Source: Entomortierella parvispora E1425 (taxonomy: Eukaryota; Fungi; Mortierellomycota). Taken from it: a DNA stretch of 64,000 bases. The notes below the pieces were generated by a model. It was given only the letters and a program-made list of their open reading frames with translations, ran no database searches and had not been told where the DNA came from. Shown here piece after piece: positions 24,526 to 37,738 of this stretch. Both the position numbers and the translations under genes were made by a program. Positions within the stretch are counted from its first letter, which is position 1. Each line of letters begins with the position of its first letter. The stretch is taken from contig BQFW01000014.1 in NCBI GenBank assembly GCA_020891255.1, positions 1,240,001 through 1,304,000 of the forward strand, read 5' to 3'.

Positions 24526-27500
24526 TTACAGAAATCGGACCTTGTCTACTCCAAGTCCTCGTCGTACTTGGGCCATCGCCACAACTTCCTTCACAACCTC
24601 CTCAAGGATCACGACGTTGGTCAACAATTGACTAAGAGGAACCGTCTTCTCAGAAGAAGGCGACAGCTCGCCCTCACCTCCCACTGCGGCCGTGGCGGAA
24701 GAAATGGACGATGTAGAGTTTTCCTGTCGAGCCTTACGTTCCTTTGCAGAACCAGAGGCACTCTTGGACTGCGTTCGCCTTCCCTCGTCCTGATGACCCT
24801 GAGATGGGTCTTCGTCTCTGGGGAGGGCTGCATTCACATCCAAATTGGAGTCGTCATCATCGCTCAACTCGGACACGCTGTCAGTATCAGAATCGTTCAC
24901 GAATCCATCCGGGAACAAGGGCTTGATCATCATTGTATCCATGGTCTTGACCAAAGCTGGGTTCACGCCCGAGTTCAGCATATTCATCGAACCCCAAGAG
25001 GACGCAACCGTACCGGGTTGAGGAGCTGGGGCGCCACCCGCGGCGGCAGCAAGTCGCGACCCGAAAGAGTTGGAAAGGGCCGAGGATGTATAAGAGGAAG
25101 ACGCTCCTGTGGTAGCGACATTCTTGGACTGATTAATAGCAATAGGAGATGATGCCGGGGTGTTGTAGCTGTTATTCATGGCGGAGACCCTACCAGCGCC
25201 ACCCATCGAAGGCATGTTGGAGGGTGCTGACAGCGCACTGGAAGGAGATCCACTCTTTCTGACCATAGGTGACGACTGGGGAGACGAAGGAGCAGAAGTT
25301 CCAGGCGTGTACATTCCACTTGCGTGCATCCTCTGGGCTGCTGCAGATGGTCCAGTTCCCGGTGCAGGTGTCATGCCTGGGAGGCTCGATGACCGAGGGT
25401 TGATCTGAGCCACCACATTCGGCGCCCCGCTATGTTGAGGCTGAGGGTGATATTGTGGAATGTGAGGGCTTGGAGCAAGGCCTGGCGTATGGTGGATAAC
25501 GCTGTTGAGCTCTGTAGCCACCAAAAGTCCGCTCCGACGGTCTGCCAAGTATTGATCAAATCCATCAATCTCGCTGCGGTAGTAATCCACCTGTTGAGTC
25601 AACGTCCTGAGCATGGTGAAGAAAGGTGGGAAAGACTTGAAGGCAGATGAACTAATCGTGGTAGCAGAGTCCAGACTTTCAGTCGTTGTCTCCTTTCCTG
25701 CTCCTTTGGTCTTGTGGTTGTTCTTGGTGAGGTAAACAGGCAAAGTATCCTCGTCGTCAGAGTCACCAAGCTCGAAACGCGCCTCAATAGCTGGGACCTG
25801 CTCGTTTTCATCCTCAGAGGCCTTGACGTCAGAGCTCTTGAACAGCAACCAGCCTTCCAGCGAGCGGTAGGGGCAGACGGCAAGAGACGTAATGACACCA
25901 GTCAGCGCCAGATTCAGCTCCACACTGTGTGCAAAGAAATGTGACAAAGTTCCCAAAAGAATCTGCAACAAGGGGTCCGAAGGCAACAGGCGATGCATTG
26001 GAATAGAATGTTGACCTGATTTTTCACAACAGGCCTCCCCAGTTTGGGCGGACTCTTCCAACGATCGGATGAAATCTTCTCCAGAGAGATCCTCGGGAAG
26101 GTCCATGCGATGACCGTACTTCATGCTGCGACGGCGCTGTTTCTTTCGATCCGCGGCCGAAAGCTGACCAGGGACAAGCTCTCCTCCTTTAATCTCTTTG
26201 CTCTGAAGAAAACACTGATGAGTTTCCACAGAAGCCTCGGCATCGCGAAGGTAAGACTCGTATCCGTTGCAGAAGATTTCGGCAGTGTTGTTGGGGTTGA
26301 TGGTGGAAATAAGAGCGTAAAAGAGGTCGAGTTCGTGAACATGGTGGTTGATCATGGGCAGGTCGTCCTGTCCTGGTCTGGAAGGGTCGCTCGTCGCGTC
26401 CCGGTACAAGGTCGTTTTGTCGTCGGGCTGAATGCTGAGAAGCTTGAGCGAGTACTTGCAGTGTCGAGTAATGATGGTGTTCAGCAGCTTGAGTGTTGCG
26501 ATCACTGTAGGCTGGGAACGTGATTTGAGCCTTGACAAGACCAGGTCCTTGAGCGTGAATCGGCCTGAAGCCATAAAGTAGGGTGAGGTCGACTGTGGAT
26601 TTTGCACCTCGGCAAACGCATCTTCCGTGTCCTGGCCTTCCTTCGGTCTGCTCTCGTCCTCATCTGAAGCCATCAGGAATCCTACGACCAAGTCCACCAA
26701 GGCCTCGTGCTCCAAGACTTGCAGGATAAGGTCAATGTAGCTAATAACCGCCACTGAGCTTCCATCTGTGTCTGAGCACTCCAAGATAGAGGGATATAGG
26801 ATGTTCTCCAAAAAGACAGACTTGAAGGTGACCAAAAGCGCCGATACAATCTCTGCGTTAGGGCATCGCATCATGATGTCCTGACAAAACTCGAGCACCT
26901 TCAAGAACGCATCAAGTCTTGATTGGAAATCCGGCGATGTTGATACTTCGATGTTCGCCCTCCGTGAAGGCGATGACTCTGTGGGTGGGGCGCGATTGTT
27001 GAGGGTGCCTACCATGCTATTGATAGTGCTTGGGCCACCACGAACAATTAGTTTACGTGGGAGCTGCGAGTACAGCCCTCCTACACCGGCAATCAAGACA
27101 GATGCAAACTGAGACTCTTGGACGTATTCACCAAGCGATCCTGTAGCGAGCTCCATGATGAATAAAAGGCCTGTCCGGGCGAAATCTCCAGCCTTGCCCT
27201 CGCGATGCACAAACTGGGAGAGGTATGCAAAGAGCAAGAACTCGTAATCGCTCTTGGACTCTGGCAATGTTGGGGCTGGGTGCTCTTTCTGCTCAGTTGC
27301 TGATGCGGCAGCCGATGAATCTCCATCTGCTGACTTGTCTTCCTCGGCAGCGATCCTAAGGTTCCTCACGAGTTCAATAGTCTCCAAGTTCTTCTGTTGG
27401 CGTGCACGTTGAGGGACGGTAAGCCATTGTTTGTCGTGGAAGAAGATGTTGAGCAAATCGGGGTATCCGTGGATTTTGGAGCACAGGATGTACATGAGAT

Positions 27501-28090
27501 CGACCAGATCCTCGTGGTAGATCTCTCCCTGGGGTTCAGAACTTGAGGCACATGTTCGCAAGAGTTTCACTGTGGGCTTATGGACTGCATTGTGAATGAG
27601 GAACTTGTCGTCCAGTAGGTTGATCATGGATGCGATAGTGCGGATGGTCTCGCCCATGATTCCGCGTGGTTGGTCACCCTCTGCGTTGTTGACAAGCTTG
27701 GTCAACACTGCATGCTTGAACAGATACTCCATGCACACGCCCGTTGTGCCTGCTTCGTCGTCCAGACTCGACTCCTCGTCCACCAACAGGTCGACCATGG
27801 TCTTGAGCTTTAGTGGAATATCCGTCTGCTGAACCTGAAGGCTACGCTTTTCAGGGGTAGAAAATCCATTCTTTGGTGATGATGAGGGCAGAGACAAGAG
27901 ATGTTAGTTAGACATGATCAGGTGTATTCATTCAGTATGCCATGAGGAATGCAAAGGAATGAATGTGCGCTGGTACCTGGATGGACGCCCAGCAGTGGTG
28001 AAAACGCGTCTGCTGCATGAGACTGGTCGGCTGCTTCTTTGGCGCGGTCATGACCGACTTGCGGATCCGGGTCCAGAAGCTCGAGTCCAT
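24526..28090 (-). CDS. FHIP: FTS/Hook-interacting protein (FHIP/FAM160, RAI16-like domain)
   Basis: First exon MDSSFWTRIRKSV..FHHCWASIQ spliced to a long ORF with CMEYLFKHAVLTKLV, LCSKIHGYPDLLNIFF, EFLLFAYLSQFVHREGKAGDFARTGLL, NLALTGVITSLA and LTNVVILEEVVKE motifs. Confidence 0.85.
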
Positions 28091-28446
28091 CCTGAAGCAA
28101 GCTGATTTTTTATATTGAGATGGATTGAGGAAGGTTGTCGGGGCAAGGATGAAATGAGATGCAACAGAGAATGAAAGAGATGGAAGAAGGGAAGAACGGC
28201 TGATGATGAGAGCACACACACCTCGGTCAAGTCACACAGCACAAAAGAGAAAAAAGAGGAGCAAACCGTTGAAGGAAACGGTCCGGGAGCATCCTTGTTT
28301 TGTCTGCTACGCTTTATTGGGTGCAACGGTGCGCGTGGCTGTGTTTGTTCATGAGAGTGATGGTTTGCTCTTGGTTCGCTGTAGACTGGCGTGTTGCCTT
28401 TATCCTTTGACCACCTGCATGCGCCATGCGGGTCTCACCAGCGTCA

Positions 28447-30693
28447 TTACCATCCGCCCGAGCCCCAGTTGCTATCAGCTTCGGTCATGTTCCAGACGGC
28501 ACCGCTTGAGCTGGGCCCTGCTCCCAGAATCTGTTCATCAGACTCTTCAACAAAGTCATCGTTGGCCTCATAAGTTCTAGACAAAGAAAGAAAGAGCCTT
28601 TTGAGCAATGGTCCCCTGCACTATCCAAGTTGGCATTAGCATCCGACTGAGCCTTACGTGTTCTCGCTCACATAAGCTTTCAGGAAGTCAGGGACCTCTT
28701 GGGAGCATTCTTGCAAGATCTTTGTAAGTTGAGGCGCGATAAGTTCGTTCCTGTCATTGTAGAATGAAGTCGCAAGTCCCTGGTTGCCTGCTCTTGCCGT
28801 ACGTCCAATTCGATGGATATAGTCGTCGATGTCCTTTGGCAGCTCATAGTTGATGACATGATTGACATCCTTAATGTCCAAGCCTCTCGAAGCTACGGCG
28901 GTTGCAATCAAAATGGGGCTCCTGCCATCTCTGTCAAGAAAAGATGGTTAGAACACTTGGATAATCTCTTGATGAGAGATCCTAGGACAATGCAACTCAC
29001 CTGAATGCCTTGAGAGCGCTTTCACGCTCATGCTGGTCACGATCTCCATGAATGGACACTGTCGGGAACTTGAGATTGAACAGGTAATCATCCAAGCTGT
29101 CAGCAGCGCGCTTGGTCTCCATGAAGATCAGGGTCCTGGTGGGCGACTGGCTCATCAAAATATCGACTAGAGTATCTCTCTTGTCTGGATCCTGGACATA
29201 GAGAATCCTCTGCTTGATGCTCTTAGTTGTGCCTCCGATTCTATAAAAGATCAACATGTTAAAAGATGAAATCCAATGTTTGCACAAAGAGTTCGCGACA
29301 AAGAGTTTGTCTCTATATTGTGCATTACCTCCCGATTCTCAAACGAACATAATCCACTTTAAGAAAGTCTTTAGCAAGAATCTGGACTTCGCGTGGAAAG
29401 GTGGCGCTGAACATGAGGGTCTGCCGACCTTCATCTTGAGGCATCGACGACTTGTTGACAATTTCACGAATGTCTGGTCCAAAGCCCATGTCAAGCATAC
29501 GATCAGCCTCGTCGAGGACAAGATGACGAACATGCGACAATGACACATGCCCTCGCTGGATCATATCCTTGAGACGTCCAGCAGTCGCAACAAGAATGTC
29601 GCAGCCGCCAGACATTTTTTGGACCTGTGCTCGAACATCAGCACCTCCATAAACAACGGCAGGCCGTAAATTGGTCTTGTAGGTGAACTGCAGGCGGCAG
29701 TATAGGGTTTTGTTAGTTCAGTAAACATTGTTATGGTCTCATTCACAGTACAAAGGCTATTGATTCCTTACCCTGCGAGCTTCGTCGAAAATCTGAATGG
29801 CCAATTCTCTGGTCGGGAGAAGAATTAGAGCCAAGGGAGATGCCTTGAAGGGCTTTCCGCCTGGGACTTGACGAATAGGTTTGACGCGACCATTTTTGAT
29901 TTTGGTCAAGAGGGTGGAGATGATAGGCACTAAGAACGCTGCCGTTTTTCCAGAGCCAGTCTGGGCGCAGGCCATCAAGTCGTAGTTGAGAGCGATCAAA
30001 GGAATCGCGTTTTTCAGTACATGTTCAAGAACGGTAAAAAGTAAGCCTTGGGTATGATTGTTTACTCCTGTGGTATCGATAAAGTGTACACGGTCCATAC
30101 CTGAATTGGGGTTGGATCTTTGTATTGCTGTTTCCGGATATTCTCCAAGACTTGAGACTGCAGACGTGCGTCTTCAAACTGTCCGCAGGACGTATTTAAA
30201 GTCGCTGATGAGTTTTGGACTCACCAAGCACCGGATCGTATGATCTCAGATACCGAGGAAGAAACCACGAGGCTATTGATATCAAAGCTGTCCATACCTG
30301 CATAGCTGGTTGGAACCCAGAAGGCCCGCCAATGACAGAGACATCCATGTCCGCGTATGACTTGAAGTGAATGCCAGAAGAGACTCGACAGTTCTCCGCA
30401 AAGAGCTCCGAGAGAAGGTCAGGGTCATCAGGAGCGTTTTCGGGGTCATATCCTTCTCTCCACTCGTACACTTTGGCATCAGACGCCCAGCCCTCAGGAC
30501 CCCTGGAATCACCAAAGTCTCGAGGAACCCATTTGCCGACAGAATCGTCCATGTTTCTGATAGCGTTAAATGTAAGTAAAGCGAAGAATGCAGGTGAAAG
30601 TGTGGGAGAGATGCAAAAAATGGTTCAAGGGAAAAGTAAAAAGTGAGGAGGAGAAGAAAGGAAAGAAAGAAAGAGAGGGTACCGTTGATTCAT
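28447..30693 (-). CDS. DEAD-box RNA helicase, DDX3/DED1/Vasa subfamily, multi-exon
   Basis: Q-motif [83 protein letters not shown]; last exon ends NWGSGGW*. Start inferred from a short exon at 30693. Confidence 0.9.
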
Positions 30694-30817
30694 CAGCGCC
30701 GCTCTTTTATGCCCATTGTCAAAGCACCATGGAAACAAAAGGCTTTTGATTCAGCATCAAAAAGACTGAAACGCGCCACGCAAAGGTCGATTTGGTCAGT
30801 GGTAACGTGGATTTTTA

Positions 30818-31906
30818 TTAAAAGTTGGTCATGTCATCCATGTTACCGCCAAGGTTGCCAATATCGCCCAGATCGAACATCGTGTCTCCAAGCTTATCCT
30901 CTTCCGACATCATTGACTCGTCCATCATGAAGGTGCTGTTACTGTCAATTGTGTTGGCTGTAAGTGTGGATCCTGATAGCAAGGATGCAGTCGAAACCTC
31001 GGCACCGCTGCTAGCAATAGGTGCTGGTGCTGCACCGATACTGCTAATTCCTAGCAAACTTGGAGGACTCATCATTTGGGCATCCACTGATGAAGGGTCG
31101 CCAACAAGGGACATGGGTGTTGAGGTAGACAGTGGGGATGCAGTCGTATGAACTGCCGGCACTTGTACCGGTGTCATGGCCTGTGAAGCAGGGGTTGCAT
31201 TTGCTGGCGTTGATATCGTTGATGTCGTTGGAAGAGTGGCCCCTGCTGTTGTTCCGGCTGCTGCTGTACTGGGTGTTGAAGGCATTTCTGTTGAAGATGA
31301 CTCTACCTTGGGTGGTAGTACCGGCTGAGGTTTTAGCTGCTGTTCCAACAGTTCCTGCTTCCGCTTTAGTTTGTACTTGGTGTTCTCCTATTTGCACGCG
31401 AGACGACGGGAAGAAAATGGTTGAGGGTGTCAGGATTCGTCCCTTCACCATTGAGCTCTATGTTTTTTGCCTCCATGTCTGGTCAATCGATGCTTACGAG
31501 GATAAAAAACACTTGGTCGCACACAGTCTCAAAGTACTCCCATTCCCGATCCAGCTTTTCCTGTTCTGTAGAGGGTATAGCAATATGAGCGGCGCCACTA
31601 GAGAATAAAAGTAAGAAAAGAGTGAATATACAAAGCGCCAGACAACAGCAGTCAGAGTATTCAAACGATCCTTACATGTTGCGAAGGGTGTCCATGTTTT
31701 TTAGAATCTCGGCTGTTTGCGAGTTCATGCTCTATGTACAATTGTTGAAGGGTAGGCGAGATTAGATCATTTTCCAAGGTGAAAGGGAAGTGCATGTCAG
31801 CATGTCGCGTCTGACGGATCCAGTAGGTCAGGGTACTCACATCAACCGATCGCCGCAGTTGGTCAATTTCGGCAATCAACGGTGGTCTTGGTGGTTGTTG
31901 CTGCAT
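30818..31906 (-). CDS. Mediator subunit MED29/Med2-like protein with a low-complexity tail
   Basis: Four phase-compatible exons: MQQQPPRPPLIAEIDQLRRSVD/SMNSQTAEILKNMDTLRN/IGAAHIAIPSTEQEKLDREWEYFETVCDQVFFIL/ENTKYKLKRKQELL. EKLDREWEYFETVCDQV resembles MED29 QRFDKCLEEFYALCDQL. Confidence 0.55.
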
Positions 31907-32764
31907 CCTCGAGGTTTATATAGTTGTATCTCTACGCCTGTCCTGTTGCACCTGTTGTCTGGTTGTCTGGTTGTTGCGAACAAGAGAGATGAAGGGAAGG
32001 GTCGATGCATTCGCCTCCAGAAGAGATTCCAAAATGAGATTCAGTCACATGACTGTCATTTTGGTGGCAAACCAAAGGCCGCACCGACCACGCTCGCTGT
32101 TCCGAGCACAAGGCAAAGTGCCTTTGAAGAGGTGGGGCAGAATGTTGCGGGGTATTTTGCAGTGGTCGGTCAATCTTGCCATGCCGTGCCTATGTGCCCT
32201 TTTGTTAGTCTGACCTTGGTTGGGTCTCTCTTCTTCTCTCTTTTCGTCCTCGTGTTGATGAGAGCGAGCATGGCACGGCCTTGCAGAAGGTTGGTAGGTA
32301 CTGCTGTTGCTGCCACTTTGCTGGCATCTTGACCGAGCAGGAACATTTCGGGATCGAGGACAGCGAACGGGCGTTCGTGCTGGTTTTGTCATGCCTCCGT
32401 AGAGCTATATTCCCGGGCGTGCAACCAAGGACATGGGCAGCCGAGAGAAGGACGGCAGAGTGAACAGAAAAGGACAGACTGACTGACATGCATGGACACA
32501 CACCCCAATCGGCCCCTGTCCCAAGGTCTCTTGTCCTCGGAACCTTCAATGGAAATAGCGGGCAAAAACCTTTTTTGTGTTTTAGCAAAAAAAAAAAAAA
32601 AAAAAAAAAAAAGTGGATCGATTCGCCCAATGCGATGGTCCATTCATTCCTCTCTCTCCTTCCTTCCTTCTTCCATTCCATCCATTCCATCCTTTCATCC
32701 GCTCTCCCCCTTACCCCCTCCGTCATCACCCTCCACCTCGTATCTCCAGCCGTCTGCACCACCC

Positions 32765-34530
32765 ATGAAAACAACGACCAAGGCTCCAAAGTGGGCTATT
32801 CTAATCGTCTTTTGTCTGGCCCAGTTCCTTGACGTGGCCAACCTCTCTGCCGTCAACATCTCGTTACCGACCATCAAGGCCGAGCTTCACTTTTCTGAAA
32901 GTCAGCTGCCTTGGATTGTCAATGCGTTCACGTTGACGTTTGGTACTTTTTTGTTGATCGGCGGCAAGCTTGGCGACAAGTTTGGCCACAAGCTGCTCTT
33001 CTTGTTCGGTCTGCTTTGGTTCTCGATCTGGTCTCTTGTCTGTGGACTCAGTCACTCGGTCATTTTGCTTTGTGTGGCAAGAGCGATGCAGGGACTCGGG
33101 GCTGCCTGCACCATCCCCAACGCCCTTGCTTTGATTCAGTTCACATACATTGAGGAAATCGAGAAATCGAGAGCGCTGTCCGTTTTCTCGAGCAGCGGTG
33201 CCCTCGGCTTTGGAATTGGTTTGGTTCTGGGTGGTGTCTTTACGGCCACCATTGGCTGGAAGTACATCTTTTTCATGTAAGCTACTACCGCATCCGAACA
33301 TCCTCTGGATTTCTGTCCTTGAGGTCTGACCATCTTGTCACTGGATACGTTATCTAACCGACCAATTGGACCCTTCTCCTAGTTCGGCTATCATGGGCGT
33401 TGTCATTGCAATCGTCGCGTATTTTGTCATTCCAGAGTCGAGTGCTGAATACCGCGCCAATGTTAAACTGGACATTGCTGGAGCTATCACCATCACCGTC
33501 GCCCTTCTCGCCATTGTCTATGGCATCTCTGACGGACAATGGAAATCCGTCCAAGTGATTGTCTGCTTGGTCTTGGGCATTCTCTTGCTGGGCGTCTTTG
33601 TCTGGATTGAGAAGCGAGTCGAGTCTCCCATGCTGCCCATGTCCATCTTCCGAACCAGGATGTTCTCAGCCATGTTGATCGTCGGTGCCCTTTATCAGAC
33701 CTGGTATCTGGTCTACAACCTGTACTGTACCCTAATCTTCCAAGAGATCATGGGCTATGGAGCTTTGAACACCGCCTATGCATTCTTCCCCTTGGCGTTC
33801 CCTGGATTAGTACTGAACCCCTTGGCTGGCTACTTGATTCCCAAAGTGGGGGCCAAACCTTTGCTAGTACTCGGCACTGGATGCATGGCCATCTCGGCTG
33901 CTCTTTTTGCGGTCGCGAATAAGGATACAACTTATTGGAAATTGCCGTTCCCATCCATGTGCATTGGTGAAATCGGAATTGCCATGACCTATACCTCAGC
34001 TATGGTGGCAGCTCTGACGATGGCAAAGTCTGGCGAGCATGGTTTGAACAGTAAGTTTTAGCTTTCCTTGTTTTTTTTTATCAGTGCAAATGTTCATAGA
34101 CTCGCGTATACTTATACATATTCTCTGCCGTGTAGGTGCCGTATTCTCTGTCGCTATGCAAGCTGGATCAGGTGTAGGCCTCGCCATCACTAACGCCATC
34201 TCGGACGCTGTCATCAACCAGACAGGATCTCACATGAAGGGTTACCAAGTTGGACTCTGGATCGGTTTTGCTGTGACCCTGCTCTGTGTTATCATCACTC
34301 TAGCCTTTGTACCTTCAAAGTCGACGTTGGAAAAGAAGAAGCTCCTGAGAGCCGAAGCCACTCAAGGAAAAGTAGCTCTGGATGCCAACGAGGCCGAGAA
34401 GGGTGTACCAACAATGGACGCGGAAGAAGACGACCGCGCCACAGCCACCAACAGTTTGACCCTTGACGAAAAGGAGAAGGATAGCGAGAAGGATGTTGCG
34501 TCCGTCTCTACTCTCTCGTCATCCGGCTAA
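32765..34530 (+). CDS. MFS transporter, DHA2/EmrB-QacA (14-TM drug:H+ antiporter) type
   Basis: LAQFLDVANLSAVNISLPTI, motif A GGKLGDKFGHK, RAMQGLGAA, GLVLGGVFTATIGWKYIF; introns after ~33276 and ~34051. Confidence 0.92.
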
Positions 34531-35124
34531 TCGAGAAATATCTTTTTTGCAGTGGGGATGATATGTTTTTTCAGGTCGCGGAAAGAATGGAGGAGTCGAA
34601 AGCAGGCGGGTCATGTACCTAATTGCTTCCACTCCTCACTCTTGTTCTTTTTGCAACCTTTTTCTCATTCTCATTTGCTGTCATTTTAATTTGCTGCGAC
34701 TCTCTTCCATACTCTTTCTTATCTTTTTTTTTCTTTCAAAGGAAAAAGTAAGAAGGGGATGGGGGAGGGAGTTCGTGGTGTTTGTATTTTTATCTGTAAA
34801 TCGACAACTTTATGTTCTCCTCGCTCACACATGAGGCTGTATAATATACTCAGATAGAAATCTGAACCAACCATCAAAAAACGATCGCTACTCTGGTGTT
34901 CAGGCTTGTCTTTGCATATCTGAACAGGTAGAAGAAAATCAAGAAAGAACAAAGGAAAATGAAGGTATGGGCCCTCGTGGTCTTCAATATTGCTGATTCA
35001 TAGAGTATGGCGGTTTTCAGTCCAGATTTTTTTTTATTGACAACTGGTAGTATACAAACATGGTCAAAAATGCAATGATTACAAAACAAAAAGAAAGGAG
35101 AGGTGATATGTTGTTCTTTTTTCC

Positions 35125-37738
35125 CTAGGACAAAAAGTAAGCAGAGGATGCCGTACGAGCCGAAGAAGGAACGAATGCGGGCGAAAACGAGGATGCTGGT
35201 GAGGCCGATGAGGATGAAGAAGAGGCGGTCGAGGAAGTGGAGCTGGACGAGATGGTCATTGAAGACATCCCTGGAGTGGCGGTACTCATGTGGCTGTTGT
35301 GGCTGGCAAAGCTGAGTGGCTGACCCGAAGGTGTGGCTCCATCCGAGTTTGCTCGAGCAAACTTCATGTGCTGTTGCTGCTGATGTTGATATGGGTCATG
35401 GAGCACCTCTTGGTACAAGGGGGGTGGCGGGCGAGAAGAACCAAACCCGCCCTGGCCGAACAATCCTGTGCTCGACAATGATGCGTTGGCTGACAAAGAA
35501 GCTGTGACTGAAGGCATCATCATACCCCCTGCCATATTCTGGTCACTGTGAGACCTAGTCATGACCGTCAACGGAGGGCGAAGGAATAGAGCCTGCTGCT
35601 GCTGAAACTGCTGTTGCTGCTGTTGTTGCTGAAACCGGGACTCAAGAGGATGCAGGGGACGCATCTGTTGTTGAGCCAGTGGACCAGCAGGCGTCACTGG
35701 AGATGGGTATGAAGCGCCTTGATGATTAAAATTGGTCATCAAAGCAGCATTGGGAATAGGACTAACGGCGCCGTTCAGGCCAGGAACGGGGATCAAGTAC
35801 TCAGCCGACGTCGCGTGAACAGTCCCTCGTCGCCCCAGGGCACCCACTGGAATCGAATGATAGCCCTCAGAATGAGGGGATGTAATGGGTGGACGGACCA
35901 TAGCTTGTTGCTGCTGTTGTTGTTGTTGCCGTTGCTGTTGTTGTTGTTGTTGCTGTTGGAACAAGCGTTGTTGCCGCTGCTGCTGCTGGTGCAAATGCTG
36001 TCGTTGCTGTTGTTCTTGTTGGAATTGTAATTGTTGTTGCCTTTGTCGGATATGTTGCTGTTGCAGCTGTATCTGCCGTTGGCGCTGCTGCTGCTGCTGC
36101 TGCTGCACCGAGAAGGGGAGGGGCTGGTTGGATGACATTACCTGTGGGAACGACATGGCCCTCTGACGTGAGAACGTCTGCTGATATGGACGAGGCGGGA
36201 GTGCTGTTCCAGACTTTGTGTGATGACCATGCACCAAAGGCGAGAGAGGGTGGTGGACCGGCGAGTATTGGTATGGAGGGAAAGCATGGAAAGGATGGTG
36301 TGAATATTGCCGACCATGACCGTGCTCACCTTTGGCCATCAGGAGGGCCTCGGCAGCCACCTTGCTTCCACCCTTGGGTCGCCCTCGGGGTTTGGGCACC
36401 GCATCGCGACAGTTCGCAGCCTTGGAGGGGTGCTTCATACAATTCTGACAGGGACGACCATGGTCACATTTGATATGGGACCGCTTGCAACTCGCGCATG
36501 CCGTCACGGGCAACGGCAGGTCGTCGTAGTTGGGTGATGGTGAGGTCGAAGACTCGATCGAGGAAGTTGGTGAGGGTGAACGAGTCGATGACCCAGATCT
36601 GGTCTGGGGCAGATACAGAGGCTGCTGCTCCTGCTGCAACGATGGCAGCAAGGATGCGCTCTTGGACTGGGATGAAAAATTGATCGGCAGATTCGATTGC
36701 AGAGTTGAAATGAATCCCGGGTGGTGCCCTCGTGACAGGTCCGTGCCTTTGTGTGTTGGCAATGGTCCAACGTTGGCCATGGACGAATCCATTCCAAGAG
36801 CAGAAGTGACGGTCGCCTTGGTAACGACTGGTTCCGGGAAGGACGCTTCCGAGTATGGAGACGATGTGGAGGGGGGCGACAGAGCATTTGACACATTGCC
36901 ACCGACGGTTGAATGAAAGGTCGGGATCGAATCATCCAGGTCAAAATCCATGTCATTCATGTCATTCATATCAAAGAATTCCAACGCTCGAAAGGACTCG
37001 GATGGGTCATGGTCAAGGGACAAGGACCGCTGCGGGAAGAGCCGGGAAAAATCCTCGTTGTTCAAGCCAGAGGTAGGGGACGAGAGTTCGGGAAAGAAAT
37101 TCTGAGTCGTATGATGCTCTTGATGTTGACGAGAGAGGCTCGCAAGTGTTTGTTGCTGAAGATCGAATTCTAGATCGGTGACGCTGGCCAGGGCCATATC
37201 GAGTTGATCCATGAAAGGTGAAGATGTCGAAGGAGGAGAGAGCGGGCGCTGACTTGCTGACAAGATTACCGTGGCGGCCATTGAAGCAGGCGATGTAGGT
37301 AGGACGGCAGGGAACAGTCTAGGGTTGTTGCTGCTAGCTAAAGTGAACCAAAGGAGGGCAAACAAAAAATAGCTCAACTGTCAGAAGAATTTGCAAGAGT
37401 AGACAGGAGGAGGTGGAGTCGAAGGGGAAAAGGCAAACTCGTATGGGAAGGACGTCATCGAGGAAAATAAGTATTTGACAGGGAGACCGCAGAGACCATG
37501 GGAGTAACATTCGATGTAAAGTCAGTGTGAGGGGTGTGGTATGGGGTGTGGAGTGTTTTCAACCATGACAATGACTCCATGGGCTTTAATGTGCTTTACC
37601 TGTGCCTGAGTCTGCCGATGCAGACAGGGGTTGCGACGAAATCGAGTCGGAGAATGACGATGATGACGAGAGTGCACCAGAGGTGGACGAGGCAAAGGTC
37701 TTTGTATGTTGAGGTGCAGCAGTGGAGTTGAGGTTCAT
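35125..37738 (-). CDS. Zn(II)2Cys6 fungal transcription factor with polyQ tracts; 5' end unresolved (may extend to ~40918)
   Basis: ACASCKRSHIKCDHGRPCQNCMKHPSKAANC cluster followed by AT-hook-like KPRGRPK. Intron 37599-37338 joins the upstream ORF (37586-38644) in frame with the 35125-37377 ORF. Confidence 0.82.
35895..36110 (-). repeat. CAG/CAA trinucleotide (polyglutamine) tracts in the Zn2Cys6 gene
   Basis: Runs of ctg/ttg on the plus strand encode QQQQ tracts on the minus strand. Confidence 0.9.

Noticed and set aside
35885-36166. Cys-rich metallothionein-like ORF on the plus strand
   Set aside because: It is the antisense reading of the polyQ CAG/CAA tract in the Zn2Cys6 gene.
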